The translations under genes and the position numbers were made by a program. Source: Paragordius varius (Eukaryota; Animalia; Nematomorpha). Taken from it: a DNA stretch of 64,000 bases. Of this stretch, positions 24,970-37,614 are shown one piece after another (the stretch's first letter is position 1; each line of letters opens with the position of its first letter). The notes beneath the pieces are model-generated. The model searched no databases. It had not been told where the DNA came from and was given only the letters and a program-made list of their open reading frames with translations. The stretch covers positions 10,416,001 through 10,480,000 of the forward strand of contig OZ176052.1 of assembly GCA_964247055.1 (NCBI GenBank), in the 5' to 3' direction.

Positions 24970-27900
24970 TATATTTAATAAATGGGTTAAGACATAAACA
25001 GAAAGAAGTAAATAATACATATAGTTATTAGGTACCTTATTTAATAGGTAAATTATCGATTTAATCATAATCATTAATATCTATATAATATTCAGCGATC
25101 CATATATCTAATATACATTAAGGGTAATAATAAGATTCATTATCACCTCAATGATTTGTACGCGTAAAAATCTTATCTCAACTTTTGGCTTTAATAAAGT
25201 GTCCAAAAATTCATTGGAAAAATAAATTTCTAATATATACTACAAATAAAGCCTTTGAATTGGTGAATCTATCAGAGTTGATGACGAAAATTACTGGCTT
25301 TATTTTTTGAAGGTGGGAAGCAGTGTTAATGCTGGTATTGGTTAATAAGCTCTAGGCGCAAGTTCCTTTTGAAGTTAAAGTCTGCATAAAAGAAGACGAA
25401 ATATCGTGTTATTTTAATAAATTAATTGTTTTAAGTCTTATTCGCATTAAAGGCCTATATGGATTTGAAGAGTGTGTCCATTTAACGGAGGCGCCAATTA
25501 TTGGCAAGATGGTATTCAGTTTTAGCCTTATCTATCCAAAAATACCCCCCAAATAACCGGTAAAATGAATGTAATTAATCTAGAATGGGTGAGAAAATAG
25601 GTATATCGATCACTATATATCACCTAGATAATTATAAAATGGGTGTCTTGGTAATAACATAGCAAACCATTCAATATGGCCAGATACCTTTTTTCATGCG
25701 TGAAATTGGATTATTTTCCTACAACTATACTCTGGAGGGGGGGGGGGTGGCAAAACCTGCGAACACTTATAGGCATTATTTGAAGAAAATGTATGGCAAA
25801 ATCCAGGTATAAATAATAAGGTGTCCAAAAAAAAATATGAATACTTTCGAGAAAATGGTTTTCTTTTGAAATGGATTAATTTGTTTAAAAAGTTTTCACA
25901 TATCCACACTTTCATTTTTTAATATATGCACTATTTGCAAGATATGATAATCCTAATTACACCTTATATTAAATTAGTATAGACTGTTTACCAATGGCCT
26001 ACTGCCTCATCATATATCTCATAATCAGATAACTTTATAATAATGGTAATACTATGACTATAAACAAATATATCAACATACACGCATTATATCCCACATA
26101 CCAGGGAATGTACTGCATGCCAGTATTGGTTGGACGACCGCATGACGTTGATTGTAACGATCTATCTCGGATAGCCTATAGCTTAGCGGGATGTGTACCG
26201 CTTCGTCTAAGGTGTCACTCTATATGCACTCACTTAGGCTCCCCATTTGTATGCCTTTGCTTTTTAGCATAATGATAGGAGCGCTGTGGGGCGTGCCCTG
26301 TAGTCGCATAGAAGGAAAGATTGACACAGGGTTACGTTTCGTTGCTAGAATTTAATTGAACGTAGTCCCTCCTAAACTTCCCTCGTAACTTAGAGAGAAG
26401 CAATCTTATTTTACTGATTGTTAAAGCTTCTAGTTTTAATTGTCTTTATTGGATTTTACACATTTATTACCTATAAAAAAGTTACCATTAAAAAAAATGT
26501 TAAATTTTAACCATTTGCTACTGATGATTTGCTAGTATAAATAAAAAAAAAATTAATGCGGAATTTTGAATGTATTGTTCCCGAAGCATGATCACTCTTT
26601 GTCGTCGAGAATAAACAAAAAATACGTTTATACCAAAAAAAATGATTTTGCATATTCTTGCTAAATGTGCGCTTTCAAATTTTGGTCAAAAACTATAAAA
26701 ATCGATTAACTTAATCGATAGCACTGATAAATAGCATAAATAAATCTCGAGGGATCTATCTCTTTCTCTCGGTAATACATTTTATAAATATCAATATGAA
26801 TAAAAATAATTATTAATGCTAATATGTCAGTATGGTTTAATTGGAGCTGCCTGATATTTTTTGAATCGATAATCAGAAACTTAAAAAAAATAAAAAGTAT
26901 AAAACTTGATTATAATATTATAAAGAAAGTATTGTTTAAATATTATTATTTTGCAAGTTTGAACCTCTCAACCTCTAAAGAATGTCCTCAGTTAAAAATA
27001 TTGGAATATAAAAAAATGATATCTAGTTCGCTTAAATTGCATATATTTTTTTTGCAATATCTAAAAGTTTGACTGAGAAATTCAAATTTTTGACTGTTGT
27101 TGCACGTGATAAATATAATTAGTTTTTTTGTCTCATACACAAAAGTGTATGAGACAAAATACTGATTATACTTTATTTATTACAAATATATGCCTTTATC
27201 TAATTGAATTTGAAATTTATCCTGCTCCAAAATCTCATATGGCCTACCACAATTTTTCGGCAATCCTTAGCTTCTTAGGTTGTTTTTCATCAACAAGTTT
27301 TGTTTGTTATGCTGAAGGAGTGGCCGTTGATATTTGGGAAAAAGATTCCTCTTTTGCAATTAAAATATTGTTAGGATTATGAGCAGTTTTAGTTCGGAAC
27401 TGTAAAAAATTTTTTTGATATTGTTCATTATCTTCAATTGGCGGTTTCTTCTGGTTGGGGGTTAAAAAAGTGGTGAGGTGATTATTGTTGGGATCATGAG
27501 AAATCCTTGAAATGTAAAAGTTTTTCTTTTTCATGTGGTTCACTTTCTTGAATTGGCGGTTTCTTCAGCTCGGGATTGAGAATTATGTAGTTTTTGATAG
27601 TTGGGAGGGGCATTCTTTTATTGTTTTAATATATTGTCGGGATCATAAGATGCATTGCTCCTGAAAAATGAGAATCTTTTTTATGTTGAAGTTTTTTATG
27701 TACCTGTCTTGTTTAACTCGATGCTAAAAGAGCGGTGTTGTATGCATGGGAAGGTTTCTTTGATTGGAATTCTCCTAGAATAAGCAGTTGGCCTAAAAAG
27801 CAGATTTTTTTATATTGTTGGTTTTTTTGAATTGCCGGTTTCTTTTAGTTTGGGGGAGAAAAAGGGGGTGTTGAATATTTGAGCTGTGTTAGATTTTTCG

Positions 27901-29635
27901 TTTTTTAAAGAAAAGTGGCAATGTTGGTCATTTTGGAGAGAGGAAACCCTTTTTCCAATCAGTGATTGGCGGTTATCTCCGATCAAATCAAGGACATTGT
28001 CTAAACTAGATTTTGGACTGTCGGTTAAACACAATGATATAAGTTCCAAGGGGTTTTTTACAACTACAATAATTTTAAATATTAAAGATACAAAAAGTAA
28101 ACGAATAATATTTTTTCTAAAGATATAACTTTGATTTAATTGGCTTAATTTTAGTGCTATTAACAGCATTAGTTTGATAAATTAATAATTTAGGTTTGTA
28201 TATTGATGATAAACAACAATAAAATTATTTAACTTTTGATCCAAGCCAAGTCTAAACATTTATTTAACGGCTATAAATAGCTCTGTTGCTTTCTAGTTTT
28301 TTGTAAAAACATGATTTTAGTTAAAAGCAAAAATTTCTAACAAATTATGCACTTTAATAAATGTACGTCTTTAACAGTCGAAATAGGTTTATTCCTAGTA
28401 TGTTTGAGCTTATCAAAAATATATAAAATGATAAAGCTATATGCCATCATCATATTTAGCCTTATAATTCTACCAGCTCTAATAAAATAGGCGCATTTAA
28501 GTTTGGTAATACAAAATTGTTTTGCAGTTTTGTCTTAATATACACAGCGTTAAAAAATAACCTGATGATATATATATGTATATGTATGTATTAATTGCCG
28601 TTTATTTATGCAAAAAATTAGTAATATTATAGAGTACCTTCTGTTAAAATTACCCCAATTCGTAAAAAATAAATGATTCCTTTTGCGGTCTAAAATTGGC
28701 CTATTTTTAATTGGCTAATATTATATTTCTTGCTCGATATATATGGAATTGGGTTTTGGATCGGTTAAAGCGCTTATGAATGCAGCAGTTAGCGCGGTGG
28801 ATGAGCTATAAATCGCAGACTCCACCGCAAGATTTAGGCTAATGGCCCTAGCCCGTTTCTTCTTAAAAACGGGAAATAATTTTGAATATGGGCTAGATTA
28901 TGGCATCAAAATAATATGTTTTATAAAAAATGTAACTTTGTTTAAAATATTAATATTTAATTTTGTTGAAGCGTACTTCATACTATTTATTATGGAAACA
29001 GTATAAAAACGCTTTATATGATTCGAGTATACTGAGCATTACTATTACCTCAAATGATTAAAACATTCGTTGTTCGTCTTAAATTCACCCAAAATTAGGA
29101 GCAAAAAACCTTTTAATTAAAATGAGCTGAGAGAATTGTTTAGCATCATCGAATTACAAAAAAAAATTTTTTTATAATATCCAAAAACATTTTATACCGT
29201 TACACCATGCTTCCTTTCTTCCATAAAACTTGCTTTATTAAAAATTTGCTGTAAATTAAATTTTTAAGCAAAATATTTATTTTTTCGTATTTTTGATGGC
29301 AAAATTTAGCATATGTTTGTGATTTTTATCGAGCAATCTTGGACTTTTTAATTTTATTTTAAGAGATTCTATTACGGTGGTAATGGGAAAAAAATTGGAA
29401 CTTTCGGAGAACACACCTAAAAACTTAAATTTTGTAAAAATATTGTTTTGTATGTGTAGTATAATATATATATTAATGATATTTTTTGGAATAGAGCTTT
29501 TCAACAAAATTTTAATTAAAAAAACATGCGCAAATTTTGCCAGTTTCTAATATGTAAAAGCTACTACAAAATTCTAAAACTTTCTTAAATCCCTCATTGG
29601 GCTAAACTTAGGCATTTAATAATACATTTCCCATC

Positions 29636-29637
<2 letters not shown>

Positions 29638-29673
<36 letters not shown>
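29638..29673. repeat. (TA)n microsatellite directly after a foldback-family end
   Basis: atacatttcccatcgaa followed by an uninterrupted TA run. Confidence 0.9.
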
Positions 29674-29675
<2 letters not shown>

Positions 29676-32551
29676 TATTAGTGACTGTATATATAGTGCA
29701 AAGTTTGAAATTTTCATATATCAAGAATCAAAGAAACAGAATCTAAACAATTAAGTGACCATTAAAAACTGCCTTAAATCATTTGAATACTAATTTATAT
29801 GCTTTTTGCCTATTATTTTTTATAAAATTTATTGTGTTTGTCAGAATACGAGCACACAATTGAACTCAACAAAATTTTGCACCACCCCATTTTTTGATGG
29901 CACACAAAGGCCAAAAATTGAGACCGCCAATAGGATTTTTCTAAAATTTAATTTTAAATTTCGTATTTAATTTTAAAAAACAATTATTCCTCGTGTACAT
30001 ATATTTATATATTTAAACGAGCAAGTCGATACAAGTGGTATTCCAAAGCCAAGTTTTTCATTGTAATTTTAGGAAAATGCAAAAATGATTCATTACCAGC
30101 CCCAGTATACGATACCACAGAAAATTTTTTTATCAAAGAAAGACTCTACAAAAAATGTCATTGACGATCCATATAATAAACCTTTATAAAAATGCCGTCG
30201 ATCTTTATATCAAAATTTAAACTACCCAAAATCGCTGCTGGTTTTTATCTATTTTGCACGAGAACTACGTCTTATCGAGCGGGCTTGTTATTCGACATAT
30301 AAATAGCCAATATACAATAAATAAATATCATATATTGAATTTATTAATTAAAAATTCTATGTATTAAATAAAAGAGATGCGAAACTTTAAGAATATAGAA
30401 TTAAAATAAATTGCTAAGAGCTAAAGAGTATTAAAAATCAAAAATATTAAAAATTTAAAAGGGCTAATGTATAGTGTGGGGTTATAGATCCAGGCAGCTT
30501 GCACAAGCTCTGCAAAAATCCGCCAAGCAATCCTATAATTATGCCAGATAGCAAAAGATAATCAATGAGGTGATCGTAGAGCCGGACAGACCTACAGAAA
30601 TATAACGTAGTTAACTTCATCAAAATCCGGGGAAATCGACATGTCAAATTAACCAATTCACATAATAACGTTAGACAAATTTGACCATGAAATCGGATAA
30701 GAAGATTAGATAAGTTCAAGTGTTTATATTATTGTAATTTATAAAATTAGAATATCATATCCATCATCCAGGTAATAAAAGTGGCTGCCCAACATCCATC
30801 TAAAATATAATATATTGCAGCCTATCATTTTGAAATAAATAATATCCACTAAATATATATAACAAGATTATAAGAAATAGAAGAGAAAAACCCTAATAAA
30901 TACTAATAACCAAAACTAACAAAATAAATGTAGCCTATTTGAAAGCTAAAGGTTTAAACAACAAAGTGACTCTTTTTAGTAATTTTTTAATATAAATTTA
31001 TACGTGTTTGAAATTAGCTTTAAAAAAATACTAAATTTTAACGTTTATACCCGTACTATTTTTTCGTTATATTCAAATGACATATTTATATACAAAAGAT
31101 AGAGTTTTAAACGCTTTATTAAATGATATTAATTTTATAATATATAACTTTCTATAAAGTTATATCTGATTTTCTGCCTATTGTCTCTTGCTTTTGAAAA
31201 ATTGAAAAACCTGAAGAAATTCTGATTGGGGAATTAAAAAAAATTTTCTGATCCGGTTTTAGAACACTGAAATCAGTCAAAACTCAACCACTAGTGTTAT
31301 AATTTATAGATATGTGTAATATACGATAGGGGTATAGGCCTCTATACATTACTTATTCTGTTTGGGCCAAACTCTGTCACGAGTTAGAGAAAAGATTGCA
31401 TATGATTAAAATTTAAGGATTTGATCCTAAATAATCTGATTTCCAGACTTTCCCTAGTTTATCGGTCTCAAAATTATTCAAGATGAAAATAGTTTCAAAA
31501 ACTATACATGTTTTCAGCAACTGATTACATTTATAATTAAGATAATAGGGAAGCTATTTACCTCTAGAAGTTGATTGTATCATCTCAGGCTCTCTTCCGA
31601 ATTTTGTGTCTTGTTATCTTAAATAGCTAGGGTTTGTGAGATTCAACCGTTTTTATTGTTTAGATGAACAGTTTGACAAGGGTTAATTTTTTGGTAGAAA
31701 GATCGTTCATGGTTAATTATTAATATGTTTCCATAAATCTAATTTCAAGTTTATTGAAAGCTTGTCAGACATTATTGCTAATATTATGTCCCTTTGAACA
31801 CATTTGACAACTACAAAACATTTCAATAATGGAAAAAACGAGGATCCTAAACAATTAGTTTAAAAAAAGCCATACTTTTACAAACCTCTTTTTTTTCTAA
31901 ATGATTACAACAGTTAAATGTTCAATTAAGAGTTTACTTACATCTTTATTCCTATTTTGTTCCACGATAGATTATACTATAAGATTAATATGAATGTATT
32001 TTTTTAAAAATATATATTTTAATTTTTGCGTTGTGTTATATAACTTATTAATTTTTCTATGTTTAAGCTGATGTGTCACCCTAGTGAGCCTAAAATGAAT
32101 TATTCTTTTACAAAGATCATACACCATATTTTGTTAGTTATATGCCCTCATTTGAAAAAATTAAGGTTATTTCAAAATAATTTAAAATCCTTAAATCATT
32201 TTATAAGGCACTTATAGCCAATCAAAAATAAATTTATTAACATATGCCATATTAATTTATATCTGTATACGGGTTTGGCTTATCGTATTACCTAACTCTC
32301 CCTTATTTATAGGCAATTCATCACAACTTAAAAACTATTAAAAATTTACCTATATTAAATCTTAATATTTTTAGTATACCCAAATAAGATTATCCCCTTT
32401 ACATATAAAATCAAATTCAATCAAAAAGCAATACATATAACAAGGACCTGCTACGGTTTCTGTCGCACATATCTGTTTCAAAGTTTATAAAAGATGTTTT
32501 TAAGTTTCATTTTTTTTGCTTTTTAAAATAATTATGTAAAATATTTTTTGA

Positions 32552-32700
32552 GGGTGTGATGGCTTAGTAAGTAGGGCGCCGGACTCTTGCAGTGTGTGTG
32601 TGGAGTGGCAGATTTCGAACCACGAATCTGCATTTCCATCATCATTGTCAGCTGACGGCAGGCGAGTGCTAAAACTTAATGCCTAATACAATTAAATTCT
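32552..32700 (+). mobile_element. tRNA-derived SINE head (degenerate)
   Basis: A-box-like tggcttagtaag (32560-32571) and B-box-like atttcgaacc (32612-32621). An internal GT repeat breaks the cloverleaf, so this is not a functional tRNA. Confidence 0.55.
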
Positions 32701-33097
32701 TTATCCTTAAAAAAAGGAAATGCTCTATGTTAATTTATAATATGCCAAAATTTATAATTTCAGGTAAATTATATGTAAAAAATTAATGCCGGGTTGACAT
32801 GGAACGCATCAAGTTTAAGCATATAATTAAGCCATATGAATATGCCAATTTACGCTAAGGTTTTTATAAGAGTTTTTGCAGCAAATTTATTATGAACCCA
32901 GAACGACACAATAAGAGATATCTTCCTAGACCCTCCAATATATTTCCAAATTATTTATAGATGAGCATCCCAAATAAATACAAAAAATTTATCAAGCCAA
33001 AAAAGTGACGGGACGAAAAACGACTGGTATGTAAGCTAAAAAGAACAGGGGCAATCGGATTTCGACTAAAATACTACAGCAAAGCTAAAATTTATAA

Positions 33098-34133
33098 CAG
33101 GGGTGGCCACCTTTTTTCCCGCGGGCTACTTTTTTGTGAGAAAATTTCACGTGGGCGTATGAATATTAAGTGTTTAAAAATTCATTTATCTCTTTAACAC
33201 AAATATATATTTATATTTACGGATTGTGGGGTGACTAGCACAGGCCATTTTAAAATAAATATTATTAAAATAATTATTTCTGGGTACATATTTAATGAAT
33301 TTTAATTTTATCAAAATATATAGTGATGATTCAGAAGATCTCTGGTTGCCACAATCGTGTACAAATACTAAAACATTTACATTATTAAATTTATTAAATT
33401 TACAATGGATAATTAACTGGAAATCTTGCGGCGGATTTCAGATGACTGAAGCAAAAAATGGATTTGTAGCTCTTGGCATTTACTATATTTTATGGATTAC
33501 TGACCAGGTTTAAATAATGAAAATATGCTTGAAGGTAGTCGTCAAATTAAAAAGAGTGTCGTGCCGCAGTTTTAAGTTAGTTAAAAGGAATTGGTGTTGT
33601 GTTAACTCGTTAATACAGATGACATATGGTTTAGTTGTCCTGCATTTTTAGAGGAATGAAGACAATTTTTACTACAACATATCTATTTAATAGACGAAAG
33701 ATTTTTTGTATCCACAATTAAAAGTATAATCGCTATCTTGCTTTTTGAAGCCATATCTCAGAAAAATTGCACATTGAAAATCAATTAAAAACATCAATTT
33801 TAAACATTTTTCAAATTTGACGTAATCCGAAATTTTTTTTAAGAATATTGAGTATGCCATAATAAGTTTTTTCACATAAAGTCAGTGCAATTCTCTGGCC
33901 AGAATCCCAATGGTCATCAGTTAATCGTGAACTCTGTTTTTTAATGAAATTCATGGGGATCCAAAAAAATTGAAAAGTGCAGCAATTTCTCAAATATGTG
34001 GGTATTTATCTTTATTTAAGTTAGTTAAATATAAATTTTGTTAACAGGTAAATTTTTTCAGAATGAAAAAAAATTATGAAAAAATAAATTAAAATTTTGT
34101 CGAAAAAAATATACAAAAATATGGCCACCTCTG
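33098..34133 (-). mobile_element. Decayed hAT (GTF2IRD2/Charlie-like) with transposase C-terminal remnant at 33811-33993
   Basis: TIR-like caggggtggccac at 33098 and tggccacctctg at 34122-34133. Minus-strand peptide MNFIKKQSSRLTDDHWDSGQRIA resembles the hAT dimerisation motif K...RSRLTD.HL...LRI. No TSD match. Confidence 0.65.
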
Positions 34134-35763
34134 ATAAGATTCTTGTAATCATCAATTAAGGGGTTTTAACTTCCTTATACATAATTGGTATCTTTTTATG
34201 TGATTTTGTTTTTGCACCCGCTAATAATTGAAAAGCCAATAACAGTCTCATAACCTTAGCTTATCAAAACAAACCAACACCAGTATTCAATATATAAAAT
34301 AATTTTCAGGGTTTCTGTTAAAACTCTAATTTTCGTATAAAATTTCTCCAGAGTCGCATAGGCTGATACAAAAAAGCGCTTGATTAAAATCTTTATGCGG
34401 AGAATACCTGAAACGATGTTTGATTCCATATCTCCGAATTGCTACAAAACTAAAAAATCATTCTACAATGGCCCATTTTCCAGGGGGTAAAGGGCCTAAT
34501 TAACGGGTAATTTATAAAAACCGCACGCCCCAAATTATTGCCTTGTTACGGGTAATATTTTAAGCTGCTATTGAACTCATATGGCATGATAAGTTTTCTG
34601 AAATTTAGCCCCAAAGGCACGCTATTTCGATATGACGGGACTGTTGCTGGTATCTCCTTACCCAGCACCAATATAAAAGAAACGCACGACTATTGCCTTT
34701 TAACAGGAAATACCTGGAATCTCATTGAGTTTTACAATCTTACACCTTGGGCAAAAAATAGATTCAAAAATTTTTTTCGTGGACATTTTTTGAAAAAAAT
34801 GGCATCCTACGGGGGGAGCGGGTAAAAAGAACTAAATTAAAAAGCGAGCCGACTATGTTCGGCGCAATCGAAAAATAGTAAAAAAAATCACATTTGAAAT
34901 TGAATGGTCCAACACGTTTTCTGTCTCAAAAGCACGATTTTTGTGGACTTTTTCAGAAAAAAACCGTTATGGGTGGGCCCGAAATGGGGGCCTAATTCCA
35001 AAAAAGGACAAGGCTATTGTCGGGGCATTCATTAATGATTATACATTTTTGACATTTGGATTTGAATTGGTCAACCGGTTTTCCGGAAACAGATCACAAA
35101 GCCAAGATTTTCCATCTTTATAAATATATAGATATTCATAAGTTCTCCAATACATATGTGACTAAACTCTCGTTTTCCTAATAGCGATTTGATATAATTT
35201 ATCTTAGAGCATCGTTATTTTTAACATATCTTGTAGATTGCAGAAAATTAGGATGTTTCATTTAAGATTAGAATACGTCTAAAAATAGTAGATTAAAAGA
35301 AAATGTCTAACTTATAAAGCAAAATACATAACAGAATTATGTATCTAAGAAAGTTTTGATTCATATTGAAAATTATCTACTATGTACGTATATTATAATC
35401 AAGCTAAAGTTTTAGATTTCGAAAACTGCACCTGATTTTAGGGATGTCAGTTTTTAAAATAATCGTAACCCATATAAAAAAGACACGAGAACTCCAAATC
35501 AACAGTATGAGTCAACTCATTCGGCTAGGCACAAAACTAATGATAAAACCATTTGTGTAATAAACAACAGAAATCGAAAAGTGTACCGGTTCCAATCCTT
35601 GGTTAATAACACTACTGCGGCGTTTATTATATTCAGACTATTAACTGGGGATCTAAATCGGAAAATTTTGTGATATTGGTTTTTAGGTAGGTTTTTTTCT
35701 GGTAGTGTATCAACTTTTAAATTACACCTTAATATTTTGATTTAAGTTTATAAATATCTAAAT

Positions 35764-36764
35764 CAGGGTTATCCAACACAATTGGCTTCGCGGACAGCAT
35801 TTTCATCTCAAAAAACGGCTGGCCGCATTTGAAAATATAGGGAAATTCATAAATATTTTATTTAAGGTAGGGCTTTAAATGTAAATTCACCAATTTTTGC
35901 ATTTCGTTGCCATTTTTAATGACTTAAGAAATTTGTTTAAATTTCTCTAAGATTTTATCGGCATATTTTTGAAAATTATGGAAATCCTATGTATTTGGTA
36001 ATTTTCCAAAATTTTTGCTGGCCGCGCATAATATCTCGGAGGGCCGCATGAGGCCCGTGGGCTGTATGTAGGGTTGTGCTGACCAAGTCATGACCCGATC
36101 AATGACTATTTATTTTTTGACCATGGTCATTTAAAAAACAGCTGTTGTTTGAAAAATTGCTGTAAAATTTTTTTGGAAGAAAAATATTAAGATATATGGT
36201 TTTTATATATTTGAAATATATAAATTAAATATTTAAATATGCTTATTTAACAATATAAAATTGTTAAACATGCATCCTTGTAACATAAGCATTTAGGCAT
36301 ATGTAGATATTTCGAAAAACAATCAAGCACTTTGCAAAATATGCAATTATTCCATATATGTGAACCAATAAAATGAAAAAAACATTTTATAATTGGATAT
36401 TTTAGTGATAAAATAAAGTGTAAAAGTAGGTAAAATTTTATTTGAAATATCCAGTATTAAAAATGTATTTGAGATTCAGAAGGCCACAAATGTGGCTAAA
36501 TTTATTTGAAAACAATATTCTTGATTATATCTGATTGAAAATGTTTGTAAATAATAAATATTTAAAAATGTATAATACAAACCTTTTAGGAAAAAACATG
36601 ACATTAGTGAAACGCAAGTGTCGTTCGAACATTATTATCACAATCCTATCGCATGATATCACTTATATAAAAAGTGGTCATGACCATGGTCTGACTGGGT
36701 CTGACCGGATTTTTTTGAAAAAGCAATCAAATGCACAACCCTAGCTGTATGTTAGCCACTCCTG
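35764..36764. mobile_element. Charlie/Buster-like hAT MITE interrupted by a second hAT MITE
   Basis: Ends cagggttatccaac / gttagccactcctg. TSD atctaaat / atctagat (7/8). Confidence 0.75.
36069..36743 (+). mobile_element. hAT-type MITE (675 bp), nested
   Basis: Perfect 11-bp TIR tagggttgtgc / gcacaacccta and perfect 8-bp TSD gctgtatg (36061-36068, 36744-36751). Confidence 0.9.
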
Positions 36765-37320
36765 ATCTAGATAATGGTAATGATAATAAATATTATATGC
36801 TATTCTAATAGATTTTTTATCAAATATAATACTAAGTTCGTTAAAACTAAATGTTTGACTTTAATTATAAACGAGATATATTTAATTCTCAAACATACAA
36901 AAAATGGGAGAAAAACATTCTCAATATTTTTACATTGATTATCTAGAGGTACTATACTTTCACTGTTTATTTACTTTACCTATATACAATTTATCTGCTT
37001 GGCCAGCGTTTTTCAGAATAAATTTTATCACGTGCGATAATTTTTTGCCTTACTCCCCTATCAATACCTTTCTAAAAACTTATATCCAAAATTAATAAAC
37101 ATCTTTTTATTAAACGTAAATCAATTTATATAATAAATATATCTACATAATAAATTTTTCTATACAATAACAAACGAATTTTTTATCCGGATGTATAATT
37201 ATCGTTTCCTGTTCAAATAAAATTGTTTAGGTATTTTTTGGATAACAAACAAGTTCTAAATAAGCTATAAAACGATTGTTTTAATATCATTATATTTTTT
37301 TACATTTATTCAAAAATAAT

Positions 37321-37579
37321 ATGAAGCGATTTGTTTTATGGGTAGCATTTACCTTGATTTTGTATATATCTCCAGCTTTTTCATTCATAAATTTGAACGA
37401 TCTTGGAGGTAAAAATTGAAATTTAATTTTGGTCAATTTAGATGTCAATTGCAGTCATGCGATTAAAAAACACTGCCAAAGTTTACATAAAAGTCTACCT
37501 GGACAACTCCCAATCAGTTTTAAAGTCTACATTGAAAAATTGGGTAAATTGGCATAACCCCTAATTTTTGCTACATTGT

Positions 37580-37614
<35 letters not shown>

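Noticed and set aside
30040-31800. Coding-like stretches at 30050-30330, 30450-30790 and 31380-31800
   Set aside because: Multiple stops in all frames and no motif I can name; possibly old retroelement debris, unsupported.
32552-32625. Functional tRNA gene
   Set aside because: The anticodon arm is disrupted by a GT repeat and there is no acceptor-stem pairing; treated as a SINE head.
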